DNA of 62,381 nt, counting the filler, from Nitrospirae bacterium MYbin3 (lineage in GTDB: Bacteria; Nitrospirota; Thermodesulfovibrionia; Thermodesulfovibrionales; Dissulfurispiraceae): NCBI GenBank assembly GCA_002753335.1. It is 3 parts of 3 records of this genome, joined end to end, with 100 filler letters (N's around TTAATTAATTAA, not from the genome) between each part and the next. Parts side by side here need not be neighbours in the genome. Positions count along the whole stretch, not along the records: positions 24,326 to 47,939 come from PEAD01000036.1; 2 more parts are not named here. The stretch is one strand, 5' to 3'. The stretch's first letter is position 1. Every line of letters begins with the position of its first letter. Position numbers and translations under genes: made by a program. The notes beneath the pieces are model-generated. The model was not told the origin of the DNA. It saw only the letters and a list, made by a program, of their open reading frames with translations, and did no database searches. This document shows, one piece after another, positions 27,189 to 36,746 of the stretch.

Positions 27189-28292
27189 ATGATCAAATCT
27201 CTGGATTATGTTTCTTCAATCAAACCCTATGTGCCGGGCAAACCGATATCAGAGCTTGAGCGAGAGCTTGGCATAACAGGCTCTATAAAGCTAGCCTCAA
27301 ACGAAAACCCGCTGGGTCCTTCGCCTAAGGCGGCCAAAGCGATAAAAAATTTCTTAAAGAATGCTTCCGAAATAGGACGCTATCCGGATGGCGGCGGCCA
27401 TTATTTGCGGAGCGCGCTTGCAGAAAAATTATCTTCAAAAAAAGTTTCGGTGGCCATTGACAACATAATTTTGGGCAACGGCTCCAACGAGCTTCTTGAT
27501 ATTGCGGTAAGGACTTTCATCGGCCCCGGCGATGAAGCTGTCATGGCAGCGCCTTCATTTGTGGTTTATTCTATGGCGGTGCGTTCGGTGGGCGGGGTTG
27601 CGATAGAAGTGCCGCTGATTGAGTACAGGCACGACCTATTGAAAATGGCCGAAGCAGTCAGCTCAAAAACAAAAATTGTTTTCATTGCCAATCCAAACAA
27701 TCCTACGGGCACTATGAACAGCAAAGACGAGTTCAAAAAATTCATGAAGCTCATTCCGGACGGTGTTCTCGTGGTCTTAGATGAGGCGTACTACGAATAT
27801 GTCTGCGACAAAGACTATCCTGACACGCTTAAATATTTTGCTGAGGGAAGGGATGTCCTGATTCTTCGAACCTTCTCAAAAATCTATGGACTTGCCGGGT
27901 TGAGAATCGGGTATGGCATTACTGCAAAAGAGATTGCTGCCGAGATGAACAAGTTGCGGGAACCCTTTAATACAAACACTATCGCACAAATTGCTGCGCT
28001 TAACGCGCTTGTGGACAAGAAGCATGTTAAAAATTCTGTAGAGGCAAATGAAGAAGGCAAGGCATATCTTTATAGAGAATTGGAGTCTATGGGATTAAAG
28101 TATGTTCCCACCGAAACAAATTTTATCTATATGCCTTTGAATATTGATTCGGCAAAAGTTTCTGATGCGCTTCTTAAAAAGGGAGTCATCATAAGGCCTG
28201 TAGGGCCAAAGGAAATAAGGGTTACTATCGGGCTGCCTGAAGAAAACAGGCGTTTCATAGAAGCTTTCAAAACTGTGTTAACAAGCTTTTAG
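27189..28292 (+). CDS. hisC: histidinol-phosphate/aromatic aminotransferase
   Basis: YVPGKP, KLASNENPLG, NPNNPTG, DEAY, RTFSKIYGLAGLRIG. Confidence 0.93.
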   Translation: MIKSLDYVSSIKPYVPGKPISELERELGITGSIKLASNENPLGPSPKAAKAIKNFLKNASEIGRYPDGGGHYLRSALAEKLSSKKVSVAIDNIILGNGSNELLDIAVRTFIGPGDEAVMAAPSFVVYSMAVRSVGGVAIEVPLIEYRHDLLKMAEAVSSKTKIVFIANPNNPTGTMNSKDEFKKFMKLIPDGVLVVLDEAYYEYVCDKDYPDTLKYFAEGRDVLILRTFSKIYGLAGLRIGYGITAKEIAAEMNKLREPFNTNTIAQIAALNALVDKKHVKNSVEANEEGKAYLYRELESMGLKYVPTETNFIYMPLNIDSAKVSDALLKKGVIIRPVGPKEIRVTIGLPEENRRFIEAFKTVLTSF

Positions 28293-28322
28293 TTTTACAA
28301 AAACCAAAAAAGGGAGCAATTT

Positions 28323-29348
28323 ATGGATATTATTGTTTTGCAGCCGGGGGCTTCTGAAGATGCTCTGAAGCATGTGCTTAAAAAACTGGAGAGCAAAGGA
28401 CTTAAAGCCAATGTTTCTCAGGGCACAGAGAGGACTATAGTTGGAGTTATAGGTGATACCACAAAGGTTACCGAGGATGAAGAGGATGCAATACGTGCGA
28501 TTACCGGTGTAGAAAATGTAGTCAGAATATTAAAGCCTTACAAGCTCGCAAGTCGGGAGTTCAAAAAAGAAAACACAGAAATTAACGTTAGAGGCCATGT
28601 TATAGGCGGCAAAAAAATTCAGGTTATGGCTGGGCCGTGTGCCGTAGAAAACCAAACAATCTTGATGGATATTGCTGATAAAGTCAAAGGGGCCGGAGCG
28701 ACCTTTCTGAGAGGAGGCGCTTTTAAGCCGCGCACGTCGCCCTATGCTTTTCAGGGGCTTGGAGAAGAGGGGCTTCAGTATCTTGCTGCTGCACGTGAGA
28801 AAACCGGCCTCCCGATCGTTACAGAAATAATGGATCCAAGAGATTTGGATGTAATAGTAAAATACGCCGATATAATCCAGATAGGCGCAAGGAATATGCA
28901 GAATTTCAGGCTTCTCCTTGAGGTGGGCTCAACAAAAAAACCGGTGCTGCTCAAACGCGGCCTCTCTTCAACTATTAAGGAATGGCTTATGTCTGCCGAA
29001 TATATTATGTCGCGGGGCAATCAGGAAGTTTTGCTGTGTGAAAGAGGCATAAGGACATTTGAGACCGCAACCAGAAACACCTTGGATCTCAGTGCAGTGC
29101 CTTTGCTTAAACAGCTGACACATCTGCCTGTAGTGGTTGATCCGAGCCACGGTGTGGGCAAATGGGATCTTGTTGCCCCAATGACAAAAGCTGCTATAGC
29201 GGCAGGAGCCGATGCATTAATAATTGAGGTTCACACAAATCCTGAAGAGGCTTTCTCTGACGGCGAACAGTCTTTGAGACCTGACTTTTTTGCATCGATG
29301 ATGCGTGACTTAAAACAGATCGCAAATGCGGTCGGAAGAGAGATTTAA
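28323..29348 (+). CDS. aroF: DAHP synthase type I-beta with N-terminal regulatory domain
   Basis: [46 protein letters not shown]. Confidence 0.94.
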   Translation: MDIIVLQPGASEDALKHVLKKLESKGLKANVSQGTERTIVGVIGDTTKVTEDEEDAIRAITGVENVVRILKPYKLASREFKKENTEINVRGHVIGGKKIQVMAGPCAVENQTILMDIADKVKGAGATFLRGGAFKPRTSPYAFQGLGEEGLQYLAAAREKTGLPIVTEIMDPRDLDVIVKYADIIQIGARNMQNFRLLLEVGSTKKPVLLKRGLSSTIKEWLMSAEYIMSRGNQEVLLCERGIRTFETATRNTLDLSAVPLLKQLTHLPVVVDPSHGVGKWDLVAPMTKAAIAAGADALIIEVHTNPEEAFSDGEQSLRPDFFASMMRDLKQIANAVGREI

Positions 29349-29356
29349 ATAAACCA

Positions 29357-30928
29357 ATGATGAAAGACAATAATATTAAATTGATGTCCGGAAATGAAGC
29401 GATTGGCCGAGGTGCGATAGAGGCCGGAATTTCTATTGCTGTAAGCTATCCAGGAACTCCATCAACAGACATACTTGAATACCTTGCCCGAAACTTTGAA
29501 GGGCCGGCGCAATGGGTTCTTAATGAAAAGATAGCGCTCGAAACCGCTATAGGTGTTTCTTATACCGGCAAAAGGGCTATTTGTTCTATGAAACATGTCG
29601 GAGTTAATGTTGCTGCAGATCCGCTTATGACTGCTGCCTATCTGGGAATAAAAGGCGGATTAGTGCTTGTTGTTGCGGATGATCCGGGCGCCTATTCTTC
29701 ACAGAACGAGCAGGACACTCGGTTTTTTGCCTCATTTGCTAAACTTCCATGCCTTGAGCCTTCAGATGCTCAAGAAGCTAAAGACCTTATGCTTGCTGCA
29801 TTTGAGCTTTCTGAAAAGATGGAACTGCCGGTAATCTTAAGGACTGTCACAAGAGTCTCACATGCTCTTTCACCTGTTTCTGTTGGAGAAGTCAGGAATC
29901 AAAACGCATTATCTTTAGAAAAAAATCCTGCTAAAATGCTTGCCGTTCCTTCTAATGTTGTGCGGTGCCATAAAGCACTTAACAAAAAACAGGAGGAGCT
30001 GAAAGTATGGGCAAGAACTTCCGGTCTGAATAAAACTGCTAAGAACGGCCAGAAAAAATGCATAATCTCCTGCGGCATCGCATTTACCTATGCGAAAGAA
30101 TTCGGCAAAGATTATGCGCTTTTAAAAATCGCGGCCTATCCTTTTGATGAAAAGCTTATAGAAGATTTTGTGACAGGGATGGATGAAGTTTGGGTTGTTG
30201 AAGAAGGATACCCTGTAATTGAGAATATAGCGAGAAAATTTTCTCAAAATGTAAAAGGTAAAATAACTGGTGAGCTTAGCCCTGAAGGCGAGCTTGGGCC
30301 TGATGCATTGGCCAAACATCTTGCAAGCGGCTCTAAGCAAAATCCTGCACCAGCATCTTCTGACCTGCCCATAAGGCCTCCAGTTATGTGCCCCGGCTGC
30401 CCCCACAGAGAGTTTTACAAGGCATTAAAAGAAGCAGGCCCATCATTTACCGCAGGCGATATCGGCTGCTACACACTAGGGGCCGCGCCGCCGCTGTCTG
30501 CAATGGACACCTGTCTTTGCATGGGCGCAAGCATCAGCAAGGCTGCAGGCATCTCGAGTCAGGGAGTAAAGAGAGTTGCGGCGGTTCTCGGCGATTCCAC
30601 ATTTTTGCATTCAGGCATTCCGGCGCTTATCAGCGCGGTCTACAATAATGCCAACATTCTTGTTGTGATAATGGATAATGATTCCACCGCCATGACAGGG
30701 CATCAGCCCACACCTCTTACCGGAATAACAGCAAAAGGTGAACAGGGCGGCAAAGTGTCTCTTGAAGAAATATGCAGGGCCTGCGGCGTAAAATCTGTTG
30801 AAGTGGTCAACTCTTATGAGATAGCCAAGAATACCGAATTACTAAAACAGAAACTTGAATCTGAAGGAGTCAATGTAGTTATTTCGAGAAGCCCCTGCGT
30901 GCTGCTGGTTGGGAAAAAGAAGAAATAA
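29357..30928 (+). CDS. iorA: indolepyruvate:ferredoxin oxidoreductase alpha subunit (no C-terminal ferredoxin domain)
   Basis: GNEAI, YPGTPSTDI, MKHVGVNVAAD, SSQNEQD, CPGCPH, DIGCY, GDSTFLHSG, TAMTGHQP. Confidence 0.88.
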   Translation: MMKDNNIKLMSGNEAIGRGAIEAGISIAVSYPGTPSTDILEYLARNFEGPAQWVLNEKIALETAIGVSYTGKRAICSMKHVGVNVAADPLMTAAYLGIKGGLVLVVADDPGAYSSQNEQDTRFFASFAKLPCLEPSDAQEAKDLMLAAFELSEKMELPVILRTVTRVSHALSPVSVGEVRNQNALSLEKNPAKMLAVPSNVVRCHKALNKKQEELKVWARTSGLNKTAKNGQKKCIISCGIAFTYAKEFGKDYALLKIAAYPFDEKLIEDFVTGMDEVWVVEEGYPVIENIARKFSQNVKGKITGELSPEGELGPDALAKHLASGSKQNPAPASSDLPIRPPVMCPGCPHREFYKALKEAGPSFTAGDIGCYTLGAAPPLSAMDTCLCMGASISKAAGISSQGVKRVAAVLGDSTFLHSGIPALISAVYNNANILVVIMDNDSTAMTGHQPTPLTGITAKGEQGGKVSLEEICRACGVKSVEVVNSYEIAKNTELLKQKLESEGVNVVISRSPCVLLVGKKKK

Positions 30929-30930
30929 AT

Positions 30931-30970
30931 TTACAGGAGGGGGATGTCTAGAGATATTCCCCTCCTGCAA
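30931..30970. terminator. hairpin between convergent genes (probably bidirectional terminator)
   Basis: caggagggggatgtc / gatattcccctcctg inverted repeat. Confidence 0.7.
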
Positions 30971-30975
30971 GATGT

Positions 30976-31326
30976 TTACTTAAAAGTTTTTAAAATATAG
31001 TCTGCAATTTCCTTCGCATCCTTATCAGAAATTTTCTTTTCATCGAACTTCATCATGCCCGGACCAGGTTTGCGCATAAATTTAACAATGTCTTCGGCCT
31101 TGGTTATCTTGTTAGCCGCCAAATCTTTTGCCTTAAGAGTCTTCTTGGGGCTGGCAGGGTTTCCTCCTGCCGGGTGGCACATGGCGCAATGCTCCTGGAA
31201 CAATGTCTCTCCTACTTTCGAGGATTTCTCTGTTTTTGCCGCTTTGGTTTTTTCGGCAGCTGTGCTTAAAGATACCCAAACAAAACATGCTACGATGCAA
31301 ATGAACATACAAACAATTTTTTTCAT
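30976..31326 (-). CDS. periplasmic monoheme class I cytochrome c (c6-like)
   Basis: Signal peptide MKKIVCMF, CAMCH, distal PGPGMM; SD GGAGG. Confidence 0.88.
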   Translation of the reverse strand: MKKIVCMFICIVACFVWVSLSTAAEKTKAAKTEKSSKVGETLFQEHCAMCHPAGGNPASPKKTLKAKDLAANKITKAEDIVKFMRKPGPGMMKFDEKKISDKDAKEIADYILKTFK

Positions 31327-31336
31327 AATCCCTCCG

Positions 31337-31840
31337 TTATTTGCAGTTGCTGATATCAAGGCTGCAGGCCTTTTCTTTATTTCTGAGCGCTAAACGTGAA
31401 TCTTTGCGTAATGAGGCTTCTCGATTTCTCCGTTGTTCATCATCTGTTTCGCAGATAAGCGGTGCAACCGATTTGGGTTTGCCGCCTTCATCCAAAGCCA
31501 CAAAAGTAAGATATGCAGATGCTGTATGCCTTACATGTCCTGTTATGTAATTCTCTGCCTCGACCCTGACTCCCACCTCCATAGAGCTTCTGCCGACCAT
31601 ATTAATGCCCGCTTTTAAAAAAAGCAGATCGCCGATAAAAACAGGATTGTGAAAATCAAGCCTGTCTATTGAAGCAGTAACTGTATTAGCCCTGCTGTGC
31701 CTGCTTGCAACAACAGCTGCCGCAGTATCTATCAGTTTCATTATTACTCCACCATGTATGTTTCCTGCGGGATTCGCATCCTGCGGCAGCATGACCTGCG
31801 CCATTGTGATGCTTGTTTCACTTACCTTTCTTCCTTCCAC
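31337..31840 (-). CDS. hotdog-fold acyl-CoA thioesterase
   Basis: DANPAGNIHGG..MKLID, GRSSMEVGV, YLTFVALD; GTG start with SD AGGAGG. Confidence 0.9.
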   Translation of the reverse strand: MEGRKVSETSITMAQVMLPQDANPAGNIHGGVIMKLIDTAAAVVASRHSRANTVTASIDRLDFHNPVFIGDLLFLKAGINMVGRSSMEVGVRVEAENYITGHVRHTASAYLTFVALDEGGKPKSVAPLICETDDEQRRNREASLRKDSRLALRNKEKACSLDISNCK

Positions 31841-31933
31841 CTTGCCTCCTGAAAAGAGTTTGTAAAAAGACACTCTAATGTGCCTTAATATTCTTCTAAT
31901 TCTATCACAAAAAACCAAACACAGAACAAAACC

Positions 31934-32701
31934 ATGGAAGAATTCTCAAAACTGATCGAAATAATGAACAGCCTTCGCGCTGAAGACGGATGCCCGTGGG
32001 ACAGGGAGCAGACTAGAGAAACGCTCAAACCCTATCTGATAGAGGAAACCTATGAAGTTATCGAAGCTATTGAAGAAGGGAACCCAGAAGCCATAAAAGA
32101 GGAGTTGGGCGACCTCTTATTTCAGATAATTTTTCATTGCCGGATAGCGAGTGAGCGCAAAGAATTCGATATCTCGGATGTCATAGCCAAAATAAGCGAA
32201 AAAATGATCGGCAGACACCCGCATGTTTTTGGAGGCGCGGAGTATAAAACATCTGCTGAAGTGCTGAAGCAGTGGGAAGACAGGAAAAAAGAGGAAGGGA
32301 AAAACAGGGAATCAATATTAGAGGGCATACCAAAAGAAATGCCGTCGCTGCTTAAAGCGCATAGAATCCAGTCCCGTGCCTCAAAAGCCGGATTTGACTG
32401 GAACCATATTGACGGCGCCCTCGAAAAAATGGAAGAAGAACTCCACGAATTCAGAAAGGCGCTTAAGGCCAAAAACAAGCATGAGATAGAAGATGAGATG
32501 GGCGATGTTTTTTTCTGCCTGGTAAATCTCTCGCGTTTTACAGGTGTAAACCCTGAAGACGCTCTCAGAAAAACCATAGCCAAATTCATAAAGCGTTTTA
32601 AGCATATCGAGATGAAGGCTGCTGAGCTTGGCAAATCCCTTTCTGATATGACTATCGAGGAAATGGACGCCTTCTGGGACGAAGCAAAAAAATCTAAATA
32701 G
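31934..32701 (+). CDS. mazG: nucleoside triphosphate pyrophosphohydrolase MazG
   Basis: GCPWDREQT, EETYE, EELGDLL, RHPHVFG, second MazG domain. Confidence 0.95.
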   Translation: MEEFSKLIEIMNSLRAEDGCPWDREQTRETLKPYLIEETYEVIEAIEEGNPEAIKEELGDLLFQIIFHCRIASERKEFDISDVIAKISEKMIGRHPHVFGGAEYKTSAEVLKQWEDRKKEEGKNRESILEGIPKEMPSLLKAHRIQSRASKAGFDWNHIDGALEKMEEELHEFRKALKAKNKHEIEDEMGDVFFCLVNLSRFTGVNPEDALRKTIAKFIKRFKHIEMKAAELGKSLSDMTIEEMDAFWDEAKKSK

Positions 32702-32762
32702 AAATACCTCCTGTTTTGTTTTAAAATATTAAAATCAACTAAAACTATCTTAAGGAGACCGC

Positions 32763-33692
32763 ATGAATATTTATATCTCAGGATCTATAGCCTACGACAG
32801 GATTATGGATTTCCCCGGCAGATTTTCGGATCACATACTGCCTGACAAGCTGCATATCCTGAATGTCTGTTTTACTGTGAACGGAATGCAGGAAAAATTC
32901 GGAGGCACCGCCGGCAACATCGCATATTCGCTTGCGCTGCTCGGCGAAAAGCCTCTCGTAATGGCCACAATAGGCAAAGACTTTGCCCCATATTTCGATT
33001 GGCTAAAGAAAAACGGAATCTCTACCGATGCAATAAAAATAATCGAGAGCGAATTTACTGCGGGAGCTTATATAACTACAGACAAGGCGGACAACCAGAT
33101 TACGGGCTTCAATCCCGGCTCGATGAAGCACCAGTGTGGGTATGAAATAGCCGGCCAATCCGCTGATTCAATAGTTCTGATCGCTCCCGGAAATCTGCCG
33201 GATATGGTTAAGTACGCAAAAGACTGCCGAGCAAAAAAAATCCAGTATATCTGTGACCCGGGTCAGTCGCTTACTGCTTGGGACGGGAACCAGCTGAAAG
33301 AATGGATAAACGGCTCGAAAATATTGATAACGAATGACTATGAACTCGAGCTTGTTTTAAAAATGACAGGAGTCTCTAAAAAAGAGCTTCTCGGCATGAC
33401 CGAAATAATCATAACAACTCTCGGCGAGAAAGGTTCATTAATAAGCTCCGCATCCGGTGATGAAGAGATTTCTGTTGCAAAAGTTAAAGATGTGGTTGAC
33501 CCAACCGGAGCGGGAGATGCTTTTAGATCTGGACTCCTTAAGGGCATAGCTTCCGGCAAAAGCCTCGTAACATCCGCAAAGATGGGGGCGGTTGCTTCTG
33601 CTTATGCTATTGAACATTACGGCACACAGGAGCATAAATTTACACCTCAACATTTCTCCGAGCGCTATGAAAACAATTTTGGGAAACTCTAA
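32763..33692 (+). CDS. PfkB-family kinase (nucleoside/adenosine kinase-like)
   Basis: GSIAYD, GGTAGNIAY, DPGQ, NDYE, DPTGAGDAFR. Confidence 0.88.
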   Translation: MNIYISGSIAYDRIMDFPGRFSDHILPDKLHILNVCFTVNGMQEKFGGTAGNIAYSLALLGEKPLVMATIGKDFAPYFDWLKKNGISTDAIKIIESEFTAGAYITTDKADNQITGFNPGSMKHQCGYEIAGQSADSIVLIAPGNLPDMVKYAKDCRAKKIQYICDPGQSLTAWDGNQLKEWINGSKILITNDYELELVLKMTGVSKKELLGMTEIIITTLGEKGSLISSASGDEEISVAKVKDVVDPTGAGDAFRSGLLKGIASGKSLVTSAKMGAVASAYAIEHYGTQEHKFTPQHFSERYENNFGKL

Positions 33693-33702
33693 TCCGATTT
33701 AA

Positions 33703-34749
33703 ATGATCAACGAGCAGGCGATAAAAAGTTACATCAGAAAAGAGTTTCCTGATGTGGTTCATGTTGATGTAACTAAAATCGGGTCGGGTGTTCAGGGTTC
33801 GGGCTTTCTAGTATCCATGGAAACATCTCTTGGCAATAAGTCTTATGTTGTAAAAGGGCTCTTCCCCGAAGGGTTGGGCCATGACTATCCCTCTGACAGG
33901 GCTTCTGTGTTTCTGCTGGATTTGGAAGATTACGCTAAGCTTCCACACCATGTTAAAGCTGTTGATGTGCTTTCAGAGTTGCCGGATGGCACTGTCAAAT
34001 CTATCGGAGGAGGCAAGGAATATTATCTTTTGATGGAGCGTTGCGAGGGAATAGACTACTTTAATGACTTGAAGGCAATGGTGTTGAAGAAAAATCTTGA
34101 TAGTACGGATAAATCAAAAATATATTCAATGGCCGCTTATCTTGCAGAAATACACAGCATAAAAAAAGATTCGCGCACTCTTTACTGGCGAAAGATTAGA
34201 GATATAATCGGACATGGTGAATGTCTTATGGGAGTTTTCGATACATATCCTGACGGAACAATAAGCTATGACAAAATGGCCGAAATTGAGAAGCTCTGCA
34301 TAGACTGGAGAGCTTGCTTAAAAACAAAAGCTGCACGTCTTTCACAGATTCATGGCGATTTCCATCCGGGCAATATATGGTTTCAAAGCGACACAAAATT
34401 CATCCTATTGGATAGAAGCCGGGGAGCATGGGGAGACCCTGCGGACGATATCACCGCTCTTACTATGAATTACATTTTCTTTTCGCTTCGAGAGCACGGC
34501 GATTTGAGAGGCGCATGCAAAGAAGGTTTCGAGATGTTCTTCAGCGAATATCTGCGGCTTTCTGGTGACAGCGAGATTTTTGAAGTGCTTGCGCCGTTTT
34601 ATGCTTTTAGGGGCGCGGTTGTGGCCAATCCTATTTTTTACAAAGATGTTGATGAAGCGGTGCGGGATAAAATCTTCAATTTTGTCAGGAACGTACTTAA
34701 GACAGATTCTTTTGATTTTCAGACCACAAACGATTACCTTAAACCTTGA
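33703..34749 (+). CDS. APH/choline-kinase-fold phosphotransferase
   Basis: Gly-rich IGSGVQGSG, Brenner motif HGDFHPGNI, LLDRS, GDPADD. Confidence 0.8.
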   Translation: MINEQAIKSYIRKEFPDVVHVDVTKIGSGVQGSGFLVSMETSLGNKSYVVKGLFPEGLGHDYPSDRASVFLLDLEDYAKLPHHVKAVDVLSELPDGTVKSIGGGKEYYLLMERCEGIDYFNDLKAMVLKKNLDSTDKSKIYSMAAYLAEIHSIKKDSRTLYWRKIRDIIGHGECLMGVFDTYPDGTISYDKMAEIEKLCIDWRACLKTKAARLSQIHGDFHPGNIWFQSDTKFILLDRSRGAWGDPADDITALTMNYIFFSLREHGDLRGACKEGFEMFFSEYLRLSGDSEIFEVLAPFYAFRGAVVANPIFYKDVDEAVRDKIFNFVRNVLKTDSFDFQTTNDYLKP

Positions 34750-35413
34750 TATAGTTTGCCCAAACAAGAAAAAGCTCTTTCGTTGCCCTGATATCCCTGC
34801 CGCAGTATTTTGCGATATCGATATAAAGGCCGGCTTTAAAAAGAGCGCCAACATCAGCTCCGCTTATGCCGTCAGCCTTAGGGCTTTGTATTCCCTGGGT
34901 CTTGCACCACATATCCAGGCTGAATCTCCGTTTTGAAGCCCCATAAAAATTAAGCTGGTCCATAAGATCTATATGCGGCCCACTATAGCGGTTTCCCATG
35001 ATATCCCGCGAAGGTTTTATTCTATGAACTGCCGAGCGAACTAGTATAAAGGGGCAGTCAAAAGAGCGTCCGTTGAATGTTATAAACTGGTCGTAGGATT
35101 TAACAGCAGCCCAGAACTTTTCGAGTATCTCTTTTTCGGTTCCGCATTCAAACCTGATTCCATCCTCTTCAAACGGGAGCAGTGGATCTCCGGGCATCTG
35201 AAAATAAACCGCCCCCTTGTTGGTGTCCGGATTCAGCATGCCTATCGAGATAACTTCTCCGGTTAATGGATAAAGGCCAAGACTTTCTTTGACCTTTTCT
35301 TGTTCTTCTTCGGTTTGTGACGATTTAAGAAGATATTCTTGTGTGGAGGGGTCGAGTGTTTCGAAATCTTTGCCGGTTGTTTCTATATCGAATATAACAC
35401 GCTTCAACGGCAT
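34739..35413 (-). CDS. RNase H-like DEDD 3'-5' exonuclease (PolB-exo-like)
   Basis: FDIET, TFNGRSFDCP, HIDL, YCGRD. Confidence 0.85.
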   Translation of the reverse strand: MPLKRVIFDIETTGKDFETLDPSTQEYLLKSSQTEEEQEKVKESLGLYPLTGEVISIGMLNPDTNKGAVYFQMPGDPLLPFEEDGIRFECGTEKEILEKFWAAVKSYDQFITFNGRSFDCPFILVRSAVHRIKPSRDIMGNRYSGPHIDLMDQLNFYGASKRRFSLDMWCKTQGIQSPKADGISGADVGALFKAGLYIDIAKYCGRDIRATKELFLVWANYIKV

Positions 35414-35431
35414 GAATCCAAGCGGCCTTTT

Positions 35432-36733
35432 TTAGGCCGCTTTTTTAGGCATCTTTTCAAAAACCTTCCATGCCTTAATAGTATCTATTGCCCGCTGAAG
35501 CTGAGCATCGTTCTTCTCATCAACTTCTACAGGTACTTTTTCGCTCTCATCTTTGGTTTCTTCGTTTACCTGTTCGTTTTTCAGATGCCTTTCTAGGTCT
35601 TTTTCTCTGTAAACTGTATGCGATTTTCCGTTCTTTGCATCAAGCTTTACATTAATATCCGGCGTTATACCTACGCCCTGAATACTTGTGCCTTTAGGGG
35701 TATAGTATTTGGCTGTGGTAAGACGGAGTCCAGAGCCGTCGCTTAACGGGATAAGACTTTGCACCGAACCCTTGCCGAATGTTTGCGTGCCTATTACTAT
35801 GGCGCGGTTCCAATCTTTAAGGGCTCCTGCTACTATCTCGGAAGCGCTCGCGCTTCCTTGATTCACAAGAACCACCATCGGCATATCTGTATAACTCTGG
35901 TATGTGCCTTCAGTATAATATTCGGTCTTGTTGCCTTTTCTTCCTTTAATATAAACTACAAGTTTTTTTGTCGGCAGGAACTGGTCAGAAACTTCCACAG
36001 CGCTGTTCAGCAAGCCTCCAGGATTGTTTCTCAAATCGAGGACAAGGGAGGTGAAGCCGTCTTTTTTTAGTTTTTCAAGTGCTGCAGAGAGGTCTGCCGC
36101 GGTGGTTTCCTGAAACTGAGTAAGTTTAAGATAACCGATTTTATCATCAAGCACTTTTGTTTTTACGCTCTTGATCTTGATTATATCCCTAGTGATTGTT
36201 ATGTCTTTTGTCTCTTTCCATCCTTCACGAAAGATCGTTATTGTTATGTTTGTTCCTTTGGTTCCTCTCATTTTTGAAACAGCGTCATGAATGCCCATAT
36301 CTTTTGTGGATTCGCCCGATATTTTCATGATTCTGTCGCCAGCTTTCAGGCCAGCCTTGTATCCCGGAGTATCTTCGATAGGAGCAATGATCGTGAGAAA
36401 CCCATCTTTTATGCCTATCTGAATCCCGATTCCGCCGAACTCTCCCTTTGTTTCAACCTGAAAATCTTTGAAGGAATCAGGAGTCATATAGCCTGAGTGC
36501 GGATCCAGCGAATGAATCATGCCTTTAAGCGCGCCGTCTATAAGCGTCTTGGTTTTTACCTCTTCAACATAGTTTTTTCTTATTATGGTCAATGCCTCGG
36601 TAAATGCTTTCAGATCTTCATAGCTGCTGTCTGCGCTTACTATGCCTATGCCTATCATGCCTGCTGCTATGCCTGCAAAAACAGCCCCGATGATTGCGGC
36701 CGTAAACAACCATTTTTTTATCGAAAACATCAT
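35432..36733 (-). CDS. ctpA: carboxy-terminal processing protease (S41A)
   Basis: LDPHS, PDZ GGIGI, DLRNNPGG, SASASEI, TFGKGSVQ. Confidence 0.95.
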   Translation of the reverse strand: MMFSIKKWLFTAAIIGAVFAGIAAGMIGIGIVSADSSYEDLKAFTEALTIIRKNYVEEVKTKTLIDGALKGMIHSLDPHSGYMTPDSFKDFQVETKGEFGGIGIQIGIKDGFLTIIAPIEDTPGYKAGLKAGDRIMKISGESTKDMGIHDAVSKMRGTKGTNITITIFREGWKETKDITITRDIIKIKSVKTKVLDDKIGYLKLTQFQETTAADLSAALEKLKKDGFTSLVLDLRNNPGGLLNSAVEVSDQFLPTKKLVVYIKGRKGNKTEYYTEGTYQSYTDMPMVVLVNQGSASASEIVAGALKDWNRAIVIGTQTFGKGSVQSLIPLSDGSGLRLTTAKYYTPKGTSIQGVGITPDINVKLDAKNGKSHTVYREKDLERHLKNEQVNEETKDESEKVPVEVDEKNDAQLQRAIDTIKAWKVFEKMPKKAA

Positions 36734-36746
36734 ATTCCTCCGTAGT

